Positions 16,925 through 24,328 of a stretch of 32,000 nt of DNA are shown one piece after another; position 1 is the stretch's first letter, and each line of letters opens with the position of its first letter. The DNA is from Opitutales bacterium (GTDB lineage: Bacteria > Verrucomicrobiota > Verrucomicrobiia > Opitutales > PNEW01), in assembly GCA_965219535.1 (NCBI GenBank), contig CBDCNV010000002.1, positions 2,220,001 through 2,252,000 on the forward strand, given 5' to 3'. The notes below the pieces were generated by a model. The model searched no databases. It saw only the letters and a program-made list of their open reading frames with translations, and was not told the origin of the DNA. Made by a program: the position numbers and the translations under genes.

Positions 16925-17686
16925 ATGAATAAAGACCTTCACCCCATCCCCGACGGACTGATTGTTCTTGTATTCGATGATGCCGTAAAATCCCATATTA
17001 CCTTTGTCGCGCCGCTGCTCAAAAGCTACGGCTTTAATGCCACTTTTTATATTTCCGAGGGCTTGGGCTTTCTGAAAAATAAAGAACGCTATATGACTTG
17101 GGAAGAGGTTCGGGAGCTGCATGAAGCGGGTTTTGAAATCGGAAATCATACCGGCCAGCACAAAGCCGTGAGTAAGCAGTCACGTGAGGAATTGATCGCT
17201 GATATCGAGAAGATTGATAGCCGATGCGAAGAATATGGCATTCCCGTCCCTGTAACATTTTGTTATCCTGGAGGACACCATTGCCCGGAGACCGTAGCGG
17301 TTCTCGAAGAGAGACAATTCCTTTTCGCAAAACGAAGTTTTGAGATGGAACCCTCTTGGTCAGAGGATGTTGACGGAAACGGGGGGCTAGGCTCTGCTTA
17401 TGATCCCACACTTCACCCTCCCTTACTCATCCCAACGACCGGAATGTCAGGACCCAACTGGCCATTTGAAGATTTTATCCGTGCGGTAGAGCTGGCCAGG
17501 GATGGGAAAATCACGGTATTTACTTTCCATGGCGTGCCGGATCTGGATCACCACTTTGTAAACACGGATCCGGATAAGTTTAAAACTTATATGGAATACT
17601 TACACGAGCATAACTGTACCGTTATTGCCGTCCGTGATTTGACTAAATTTGTAGACCCTTCGACTGGGCGAATCAGTGAACAGTAA
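16925..17686 (+). CDS. Polysaccharide deacetylase (carbohydrate esterase family 4-like)
   Basis: LVFDDAVKSH (Asp-Asp motif), GNHTGQH (H-x-x-x-H type metal motif) and MTWEEVRELHEAGFEIG. The track ORF starts at TTG 16904 inside the inverted repeat, so ATG 16925 (MNKDLHP) is more plausible. Confidence 0.75.
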   Translation: MNKDLHPIPDGLIVLVFDDAVKSHITFVAPLLKSYGFNATFYISEGLGFLKNKERYMTWEEVRELHEAGFEIGNHTGQHKAVSKQSREELIADIEKIDSRCEEYGIPVPVTFCYPGGHHCPETVAVLEERQFLFAKRSFEMEPSWSEDVDGNGGLGSAYDPTLHPPLLIPTTGMSGPNWPFEDFIRAVELARDGKITVFTFHGVPDLDHHFVNTDPDKFKTYMEYLHEHNCTVIAVRDLTKFVDPSTGRISEQ

Positions 17687-17708
17687 ACGGTAAACAGTGA
17701 ACAGTAAA
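17674..17708 (+). repeat. CAGTGAA-type heptamer array (family D), copy 1
   Basis: Five units: CAGTGAA CAGTAAA CGGTAAA CAGTGAA CAGTAAA. The deacetylase stop codon (17684..17686) lies inside unit 2. Confidence 0.8.
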
Positions 17709-17747
17709 TAATCCTTCTGGATCTTAACACGCGTTGGCGATTTTTCA

Positions 17748-17780
17748 TTTTGACTTTTTGACCTTTTGACTTTTTGACTC
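17748..17780 (-). repeat. GTCAAAAG-type octamer array (family C), copy 3 (reverse orientation)
   Basis: The plus strand reads CATTTTGACTTTTTGACCTTTTGACTTTTTGACTCAAT and ends 6 nt before the ATG at 17786. Confidence 0.75.
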
Positions 17781-17785
17781 AATAA

Positions 17786-18604
17786 ATGACTGAAGAACAG
17801 AAGTTCTTTTTTGATCTCCGCGGGTGGATACTATTGCCAGCCGTGTTATCACCAGCCGATATTGATGAGATGAAAAAGGAGGTGTATGATGGCGCGAAGA
17901 ATAGCTATGAAGGGTCACTTCAGAAGCTGCTCGACCATCCGGCCATCGTGGGTATTCTGACCGAGCTTCTCGCGGAGCCCTCTTTTGTTTCGGACGATTA
18001 CTACAGCTTCCGTTGTGAAGGTTCTTTTACGACAGTCCGTCCTTCCGGATGGACTTTAACCGAGAATGCAAAAGTAAAAGGCGGTACCGCTACACCCCAT
18101 GTCGTGCGTCCTCCACAGCAGGCTAACGCCATGCGATACCAGGTAGAAGGAAACAAGATTTTTGCAGGATTGACCCGTGTCGTCTGGGAGCTTGAAGAGG
18201 TGAAGGCGGGACAGGGGGGTACTACTTTTCTCAGCGGATCACACAAAGCGCATTTCAACTATGGAGGACCCGACCCCTATGCGCCCAATGTCAGTGACTC
18301 ACCCTGGGAACAAAGCATTCGTGAGGCGATGGACGAATACAGCTGTCCAGCTGGTTCTGCCATCGTATTCACGGAAAGTCTCTTACATGCAGCCCATGAT
18401 TGGACCAATCCCGATAACCCCCGGTGCGCGGTGTTCAATTGCTACAACTCTCTATGGGCTCAATGGCACCTGCTCAACCTGGACAACGAGATAATAGAAA
18501 AAATGCCGGAAAAACGGCGCACCCTCTTTCGCGGTACCTGGGAATTAGGAGAGTTAAATGGTAGCCGCAATCACAGCTATGCGGAAAATAATAGAAGTCT
18601 TTAA
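17786..18604 (+). CDS. PhyH-like Fe(II)/2OG oxygenase family protein (divergent)
   Basis: 272 aa. It shows a PhyH-type N-terminus (FFFDLRGWILLPAVLSPADIDEM), GGTTFLSGSHK and LLHAAHDW. I could not locate a canonical HxD/E at the expected place; the sequence there reads TPHVVRP. Confidence 0.6.
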   Translation: MTEEQKFFFDLRGWILLPAVLSPADIDEMKKEVYDGAKNSYEGSLQKLLDHPAIVGILTELLAEPSFVSDDYYSFRCEGSFTTVRPSGWTLTENAKVKGGTATPHVVRPPQQANAMRYQVEGNKIFAGLTRVVWELEEVKAGQGGTTFLSGSHKAHFNYGGPDPYAPNVSDSPWEQSIREAMDEYSCPAGSAIVFTESLLHAAHDWTNPDNPRCAVFNCYNSLWAQWHLLNLDNEIIEKMPEKRRTLFRGTWELGELNGSRNHSYAENNRSL

Positions 18605-18630
18605 AACGCGATAGTGTATCAGCGCGTTTT
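18603..18630 (+). terminator. Intrinsic terminator after the 17786..18604 gene
   Basis: AAAACGCG-(12 nt loop)-CGCGTTTT overlaps the stop codon, giving an A-tract/T-tract flanked GC stem. Confidence 0.55.
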
Positions 18631-18721
18631 AGGTTAGAAAAGGTTCACGGTTCAGAGTTGAGTTGAATATTTTTTAAAATAAATATTTTAAATCCCTCCT
18701 ACCTTTGCTTGTAATAAAAAA

Positions 18722-20005
18722 ATGCGAATAACAAAGTTTGAAACGGTGCGTGTCGGCGAGCAGCCTCATATCATTTGGGTTCGGGTTCACACCGATACTG
18801 GCTTGATCGGCCTAGGCGAAAGCTTTTATGCAGCAAGCACCATTGAAAGCGCAGTTCACGACCACTTTGGTTGCATGCTCGTGGGCCGCGATCCGCTTGC
18901 CATAGAACGGCACTGGATGGATATGTTCAAACTGTCAGATCATGCCGGTTACGGCGGCGCTGAGATGCGGGCGATTTCGGCAATCGACATGGCCCTTTGG
19001 GATATCAAGGGGCAGCACGCCGGGGTGCCGATCTACGAGCTGTTGGGGGGTGGCGTCCGAAATAAAATTCGTGTCTATGCTACGGGCGGTCCTTACAATG
19101 GAGCGGGTGACCTGGCTAAAGAGCTCCTCAACGACGGTATCATCGCCATGAAGCATGGACCTACGATTACAATCGCAACCCCCACAGACGGCCAGCTTCT
19201 TCACCCGAAAGACCTGGACTTCGCCCTCAAGCCGATCCGCGAAATTCGCGATGCGGTCGGCGATGACATTATGATTGCCAATGACGGACACGGCAAATGG
19301 GCATTGCCACAGGCGATTCAGATTGCGGAGGCGATGGAGCCATACGACATCATGTGGCAGGAAGATCTGATGCCACTGATGAATCCCTCTGCCCTGCTGC
19401 GCCTGCAGGAAGCAACGTCAGCACCGGTCTGCATCTCGGAGCGCTTACTTAGCCGCTGGCAATTCCGGGAGTTCATTGAAAATGGTGCCGCCAGAATTGT
19501 CATGCCTGATCTGATCTGGACTGGCGGTATATCCGAAGTTTACAAGATTGCCGTGATGGCTTCCGCTCACCAGGTCCCGGTGGCACCTCATGATGCAACT
19601 GGGCCTGTGAATATCTTTGCCTGTGCCCAGATCTGCATGAGCATTCCAAATGCCATGATCATGGAACACGTTCGACCATTCTTCCAGGGTTGGTACAATG
19701 ACTTCGTTGAACCTAATCTGCCAATAGAACATGGCTGGCTTCATGCCCCCCAGGAACCGGGTATAGGCACCCGCCTTAAAGCGCAGGTGTTCGAGCGATC
19801 TGACGTCAGCGTAAAAGTGAGTGACGAGGACGTCCGAGTCGGCCTTCCAGATGAAAATTTTGCGTGCTACAGCGAAGACCAGCGCTTCAAGTCCGGTGCC
19901 TATACTACACCTGATGGGTGGACGGAAGAGATGGCTGCCGAGGTCCATGACATTTGGGCCTATCGAAAACAGCAGATTATTGAATCAGATAGTGATCAGT
20001 CATGA
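18722..20005 (+). CDS. Enolase-superfamily (mandelate racemase/muconate lactonizing enzyme family) dehydratase-like protein, paralog 1
   Basis: 427 aa. MRITKFETV...GLGES, AISAIDMALWDIKGQ..PIYELLGG, the metal-ligand-type positions IANDGHGKW, WQEDL and ISERL, and the His motif VAPHDATGP. Confidence 0.88.
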   Translation: MRITKFETVRVGEQPHIIWVRVHTDTGLIGLGESFYAASTIESAVHDHFGCMLVGRDPLAIERHWMDMFKLSDHAGYGGAEMRAISAIDMALWDIKGQHAGVPIYELLGGGVRNKIRVYATGGPYNGAGDLAKELLNDGIIAMKHGPTITIATPTDGQLLHPKDLDFALKPIREIRDAVGDDIMIANDGHGKWALPQAIQIAEAMEPYDIMWQEDLMPLMNPSALLRLQEATSAPVCISERLLSRWQFREFIENGAARIVMPDLIWTGGISEVYKIAVMASAHQVPVAPHDATGPVNIFACAQICMSIPNAMIMEHVRPFFQGWYNDFVEPNLPIEHGWLHAPQEPGIGTRLKAQVFERSDVSVKVSDEDVRVGLPDENFACYSEDQRFKSGAYTTPDGWTEEMAAEVHDIWAYRKQQIIESDSDQS

Positions 20006-21219
20006 AGATCACACAAATCAAAACCATCCGCGTAGCTCAGTTCCCCGATGTCATCTGGGTTGAGGTTTACACCGATGCCGGGATCGTTGGACTTGGCGAA
20101 ACCTGGTATGCCGCGACGACCGTCGAAGCAGCTATCCACGACTACTTCGGTCCTCTCCTTATCGACAAAGACCCTCACGAAGTCGAAGGCCACTGGCAAA
20201 CAATGTTTCGACTATCGGACCACGCGGGTTACGGCGGCGCAGAGCTGCGGGCGATATCAGCGCTCGATATCGCCCTGTGGGATATTAAAGGACAGGCACT
20301 GAAGCTGCCAATCTACGAGTTAATTGGTGGAGTCACTCGTCATCGGATTCGAGTTTACAACACCCTCGGTGTATATGGTGATATCAAAGACGGCTACGAT
20401 GTCTGGCGAGACCCGGTCGACGTCGCGAAGAGCCTGTTGGACGAGGGCATCAAAGGAATGAAGATGTCGCCGACCGATTTCATCGCTCGCTCATCAGAGG
20501 GTCAACTCCTGTTCAAGAAAGACCTCGATCGTGCGCTGAAGCCGATTCGAGATATCAGAGATGCACTGGGGATGGATATCCAGATTGCCAACGACGGGCA
20601 TGGTAAATGGAACCTGCCCAACGCGATTCGAATCGTGAGGGACATGGAACCGCTCAAGCCAATGTGGCACGAGGAGCTAATTTCGCCGTTGAACGAGGAC
20701 GCGCATCTTCAACTTCAGCGAGAGACGATAACGCCAATAGCCGTGGCAGAACGTCTGATGACTAGTTACCAGCACCGCCGTTTCATTGAGTCAGGCGCGG
20801 CACGTATCGTCATGCCGGATTTGACGTGGACTGGCGGTATTTCTGAGACCCGAAAGATCGCAATACTGGCGTCGACGCACCAGTTGCCGATTGCCCCTCA
20901 CGATTGTGTCGGCCCGGTGAATATGTTTGCCTGCGCCCATATCTGCGTGTCACAGCCAAATGTGATGATCATGGAATACAACCGGGCGATGGCCCAAGGT
21001 TGGTACGGCGAATTCGTGGATCCGATGTTTAAGGTCATAGATGGTTTTCTTATGGCACCTGAAGGATCAGGACTAGGCACGCGACTCAGGCCCGAGATTA
21101 GTGAACGTCCTGATGCAACGGTGCGATTCAGTAATGAACCCCGAAATTCCTGGTTGACCTCGCCACAGCGCTACACCTATCCCCCTGAAGACTTACGCAC
21201 AGAATTCTCTCAAGGATAA
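20002..21219 (+). CDS. Enolase-superfamily dehydratase-like protein, paralog 2
   Basis: 405 aa and collinear with the upstream paralog: IANDGHGKW, WHEEL, VAERL, IAPHDCVGP. Its ATG (20002..20004) overlaps the upstream TGA (20003..20005). Confidence 0.88.
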   Translation: MKITQIKTIRVAQFPDVIWVEVYTDAGIVGLGETWYAATTVEAAIHDYFGPLLIDKDPHEVEGHWQTMFRLSDHAGYGGAELRAISALDIALWDIKGQALKLPIYELIGGVTRHRIRVYNTLGVYGDIKDGYDVWRDPVDVAKSLLDEGIKGMKMSPTDFIARSSEGQLLFKKDLDRALKPIRDIRDALGMDIQIANDGHGKWNLPNAIRIVRDMEPLKPMWHEELISPLNEDAHLQLQRETITPIAVAERLMTSYQHRRFIESGAARIVMPDLTWTGGISETRKIAILASTHQLPIAPHDCVGPVNMFACAHICVSQPNVMIMEYNRAMAQGWYGEFVDPMFKVIDGFLMAPEGSGLGTRLRPEISERPDATVRFSNEPRNSWLTSPQRYTYPPEDLRTEFSQG

Positions 21220-21399
21220 ATAGGGCTCTACCTGTAGTGTTTATATACAAAAGCAGGATAAGATTTTCCCTTTACTAACTTAAAATTTTTATTTTTGAGT
21301 ATATCAAATTGATAATTGTACCGAGGACGAAGTCCGACATCTTCCATATCGACATTTGATTGACTCTCCCCTTATTCGAATAAATTAGAAGATTGTGCA

Positions 21400-22233
21400 A
21401 TGAGCATTTTAAGCAAAGATGATCGATCGTTTTGGGACGAGAACGGTTATGTTATCATTCACGACGCCGTTTCTCCAGAAAATATTAAAGCTACCTATGA
21501 TGAAGTTTGGAATTTTTTGGATATGCAACCCGACGACCGGGAGAGCTGGTATCCGGACCCGCCGCGGCTGGGCCTCGGAGTGAAGATGCATCATCACCAG
21601 GTTTTGTGGAACAACCGTCAGCACCCCCGCGTGCACCAGGCCTTTGCGGAAATCTGGGGAACGGAGAAGTTGTGGGTAAGTTTTGACCAGTGCAGCATGA
21701 GCCCCCCGCTCCGCCCGCATTTGAATGACGGCGGGAAATTACACTGGGATACCCCTTTAGAACCACCTATTCCGTTTTGCTGTCAAGGTGTGCTTTACCT
21801 GACAGACACTGAAGCGGATAGGGGAGCGTTCACCTGTGTGCCGGGGTTCCATCAAAAACTCGAAAGCTGGTTGGAGTCCTTGCCACCGGAGGCCGATCCC
21901 CGAAAGCAGGACCTGATGCGCCTCGGGGCCATACCTGTTCCCGGTAAAGCTGGTGACTTCATCATCTGGCACCATTTACTCCCTCATGGGGCAGGTGTGA
22001 ATACGGCGGACCAACCTCGGGTCGTGCAGTACATCTCCATGTTCCCAGCCCAGGAAGTGGATGAAGATTTTGTAAATTACCGCATTGACGCATGGAAAAA
22101 TCGTCTTGCAGGTGGAGGTCATTCCGGCACGAGGGTTGAGTTGGAAAAAGGAAAAGAATATGAAAATGGTCAGACCGCGGAATTGACCCCCTTAGGACGA
22201 AAATTGCTGGGTCTAGATTCTTGGGAGCGCTAA
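21400..22233 (+). CDS. PhyH-family Fe(II)/2OG dioxygenase, group I paralog 1
   Basis: 277 aa. FWDENGYVIIHDAVSPENI N-terminus, LHWD (HxD), CVPGFHQK and LPHGAG (distal His). Confidence 0.82.
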   Translation: MSILSKDDRSFWDENGYVIIHDAVSPENIKATYDEVWNFLDMQPDDRESWYPDPPRLGLGVKMHHHQVLWNNRQHPRVHQAFAEIWGTEKLWVSFDQCSMSPPLRPHLNDGGKLHWDTPLEPPIPFCCQGVLYLTDTEADRGAFTCVPGFHQKLESWLESLPPEADPRKQDLMRLGAIPVPGKAGDFIIWHHLLPHGAGVNTADQPRVVQYISMFPAQEVDEDFVNYRIDAWKNRLAGGGHSGTRVELEKGKEYENGQTAELTPLGRKLLGLDSWER

Positions 22234-22234
22234 T

Positions 22235-22334
22235 GCGCGTCAAAAAGTCAAAAGGTTGATGGCGGGGGAGAATCAGTGAACAGTGTATCGAGTGTATAGC
22301 CCGACATCTTCCACGGTAAACAGTGAACAGTGCT
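22235..22334 (+). repeat. Family C octamers followed by a family D heptamer array interrupted by a 28 bp insert
   Basis: GCGCGTCAAAAAGTCAAAAGG (22235..22255) comes first. Then CAGTGAA CAGTG, an insert at 22286..22313 containing CCGACATCTTCCA, and CGGTAAA CAGTGAA CAGTGCT. Confidence 0.75.
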
Positions 22335-22355
22335 GCCGCTTGTATTAAATTTTAA

Positions 22356-23090
22356 GGGTCATGCCTAGAATAGACACATATCAGATGTGTAAGCTATTCT
22401 AGACAAATGAGAAATAAGTATGTACATCGTTCAAAAATTTCTGAGGCCAAATTTCGGCAGTTAGTAAAGTGTTTTAGCTTGGATATGGAAGCGTTGAAGA
22501 TAGCCCAATTGACAGGATTGAATCGTAACACGGTCAACCGTTATTTGCGCTTGTTGCGGGAGCGTTTGTTGCAGCAATGTGCGCAGGCCTCGCCTTTTAG
22601 GGGGTCGGTGGAAATGGATGAGTCCTACTTTGGAGGCAAAAGAATTCCAGGGCAAAGAGGTCGGGGTGCATTCAAGAAAGTGCCCGTCTTCGGGTTGCTC
22701 AAGCGTAATGGGAAAGTCTATACCCAGGTTGTACGCAATGTCTCCAGAGCCGCTCTGCATGCGGTGATCCAAGGGAGAGTTACTTTTGACAGTGTGCTTT
22801 ATTCTGACGGGTGGCGTGCTTACAACGGCCTCGTGGATCTGGGCTATAAGAAGCATTACCGTGTCAATCACAACGACAACGAGTTTGCCCAGGGACACTC
22901 CCACATTAACGGGATTGAATCTTTTTGGGCTTTTGCTAAACTTCGATTGGCTAAGTTCAAAGGTCTTTCTCGTAGGACCTTCCAACTGCACCTCAAAGAA
23001 ACTGAATATCGCTTTAACCATCGTCATCAAAACCTCCATCGTAACATCCTTAATATGTGCTTAAGATACCCTCTGTTCTAGGCATGACCC
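22356..23090 (+). mobile_element. IS1595-family insertion sequence, IS1016 group-like, apparently intact
   Basis: 735 bp. Perfect 15 bp terminal inverted repeats are GGGTCATGCCTAGAA (22356..22370) and TTCTAGGCATGACCC (23076..23090). An 8 bp direct duplication AATTTTAA flanks it (22348..22355 and 23091..23098). It holds a single transposase ORF. Confidence 0.9.
22407..23081 (+). CDS. ISXO2-like (DDE_Tnp_IS1595) transposase
   Basis: 224 aa. VEMDESYFGGKR, LYSDGWRAYNGL and HINGIESFWAFAKLRLAKFKG are typical of IS1016/IS1595 transposases. Confidence 0.9.
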   Translation: MRNKYVHRSKISEAKFRQLVKCFSLDMEALKIAQLTGLNRNTVNRYLRLLRERLLQQCAQASPFRGSVEMDESYFGGKRIPGQRGRGAFKKVPVFGLLKRNGKVYTQVVRNVSRAALHAVIQGRVTFDSVLYSDGWRAYNGLVDLGYKKHYRVNHNDNEFAQGHSHINGIESFWAFAKLRLAKFKGLSRRTFQLHLKETEYRFNHRHQNLHRNILNMCLRYPLF

Positions 23091-23113
23091 AATTTTAAAT
23101 AATGGTTCAAATA

Positions 23114-23140
23114 GGTGGAACGTGCTGTCCCCAGCGTGTT
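23114..23140 (+). repeat. REP-like hairpin (family B), copy 3, with a T-rich tail (possible terminator)
   Basis: In GGTGGAACGTGCTGTCCCCAGCGTGTT the stem AACGTGCT/AGCGTGTT pairs with G-U wobbles. It is followed by TTGAAGTTATA. Confidence 0.6.
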
Positions 23141-23172
23141 TTGAAGTTATATAGAATAAATAATCTCCCTAC

Positions 23173-23225
23173 TTGTCATTGCGAAGGAGGCGGTAGCCGC
23201 GTCGCGTTGCTTTTCGCAATGACAA
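23173..23225. repeat. MITE-like element, family A copy 4 (short deletion derivative)
   Basis: TTGTCATTGCGAAGGAGGCGGTAGCCGCGTCGCGTTGCTTTTCGCAATGACAA. The termini and first 20 nt match copy 3. Confidence 0.7.
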
Positions 23226-23271
23226 TTTAAATTGATGTATACTCAAACAAAGACTTAATGGTGAACTGAGA

Positions 23272-24150
23272 ATGAGTGTATTAACTAAAGAGGATAAAAC
23301 CTTCTGGGAGGAGAACGGTTACGTTGTCATTCACAACGCCGTTCCACCAGAAAAGGTCAAAGCTGCAAAGGCTGCGGTTTGGGATTTTTTGGAAATGCAG
23401 CCCGACAACCCGGATAGTTGGTATCCCGACCCGCCCCGGAAGGGGATCATGGCAGAGATGTATCAGCACCAGACATTGTGGGACAACCGCCAGTACCCCC
23501 GCGTTCATCAAGCCTTTGCTGAAATCTGGGGAACAGAGCGATTGTGGGTAAGTATTGACCGCGCAAGCATGAACCCACCGGACCGCACATCCCGAAAAGA
23601 AGCTGGGAAATTGAACGGTGATTCCCCTTCAAAACAGCCAATTCCGTTGCCGTTGCATTGGGATATCCCTGTAGAACCACCCATACCGTTATGTGTTCAG
23701 GGGGTGCTCTATCTGACGGACACAGCAGCGGATGGGGGAGCGTTCATCTGTGTGCCGGGGTTCCATCGAAAACTCGAAGCGTGGTTGGCGAATTTACCGG
23801 CGGATGCCGATCCGCGTAAGCAGGATTTGATGAGTCTGGGTGCAACACTGATTCCAGGTAAAGCCGGTGATCTCATCATCTGGCATAGTTCTCTGCCTCA
23901 CGGGGCAGGTCTTAATACAGGAAGGTATCCACGGGTCGTGCAGTACATCACCATGTTCCCGGTGCAGGAAAAAGACGAAAATATTCTAACTCGTCGCGTT
24001 AACGCATGGCGTAATAACCTGGCAGGTGTGATCGTCGAAAGCACCGGCTGGAAGGGGGAATTACGTAAGGAAAAGGAACATGAACTAGGGCAAACGGCGA
24101 AGCTGTCACCGTTAGGGCGAAAGCTGTTGGGGTTGGATTTGTGGGAATAA
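23272..24150 (+). CDS. PhyH-family Fe(II)/2OG dioxygenase, group I paralog 2
   Basis: 292 aa and collinear with 21400..22233 and 26167..27060: FWEENGYVVIHNAVPPEKV, LHWD, CVPGFHRK, LPHGAG. Confidence 0.82.
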   Translation: MSVLTKEDKTFWEENGYVVIHNAVPPEKVKAAKAAVWDFLEMQPDNPDSWYPDPPRKGIMAEMYQHQTLWDNRQYPRVHQAFAEIWGTERLWVSIDRASMNPPDRTSRKEAGKLNGDSPSKQPIPLPLHWDIPVEPPIPLCVQGVLYLTDTAADGGAFICVPGFHRKLEAWLANLPADADPRKQDLMSLGATLIPGKAGDLIIWHSSLPHGAGLNTGRYPRVVQYITMFPVQEKDENILTRRVNAWRNNLAGVIVESTGWKGELRKEKEHELGQTAKLSPLGRKLLGLDLWE

Positions 24151-24174
24151 GAGTCGAAAGTCGAAGGTCAAATG
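24151..24174 (+). repeat. Family C octamer array, copy 5a
   Basis: GAGTCGAAAGTCGAAGGTCAAATG lies directly after the stop codon. Confidence 0.7.
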
Positions 24175-24193
24175 TCTAAAGCGGGGGAAAAGT

Positions 24194-24228
24194 CAGTGAA
24201 CAGTGAACGGTAAACAGTGAACAGTGGG
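24194..24228 (+). repeat. Family D heptamer array, copy 3
   Basis: CAGTGAA CAGTGAA CGGTAAA CAGTGAA CAGTGGG. Confidence 0.8.
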
Positions 24229-24238
24229 GGAGCGCTAG

Positions 24239-24315
24239 CGCGCGTCAAAAAGTCAACAGCCGTCGCCAAGGCTATGGCCGTCAAGAAAGGTCAAAAAGTC
24301 AAAATGTTGAAGATG
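24239..24315 (+). repeat. Family C octamer array, copy 5b (degenerate, with an internal non-repeat stretch)
   Basis: GCGCGTCAAAAAGTCAAC ... GTCAAGAAAGGTCAAAAAGTCAAAATGTTGAAGATG. Confidence 0.65.
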
Positions 24316-24328
24316 AGAAATTGTCGTA

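Noticed and set aside
18673-18692. An AT-only palindrome (TTTAAAATA-AA-TATTTTAAA) lies upstream of the first tandem dehydratase gene.
   Set aside because: It is low-complexity A/T sequence in an AT-rich promoter region. Such palindromes arise easily by chance, so it was not reported as a regulatory site.
22461-23039. Long antisense or alternative-frame ORFs overlap confident genes: 22461..23039, 3292..3777, 10253..10684, 11186..11638, 19445..19948, 6696..7088 and 14389..14769.
   Set aside because: Each lies wholly inside a gene with clear family motifs on the other strand or in another frame, and none shows a recognisable motif. They are treated as shadow ORFs.
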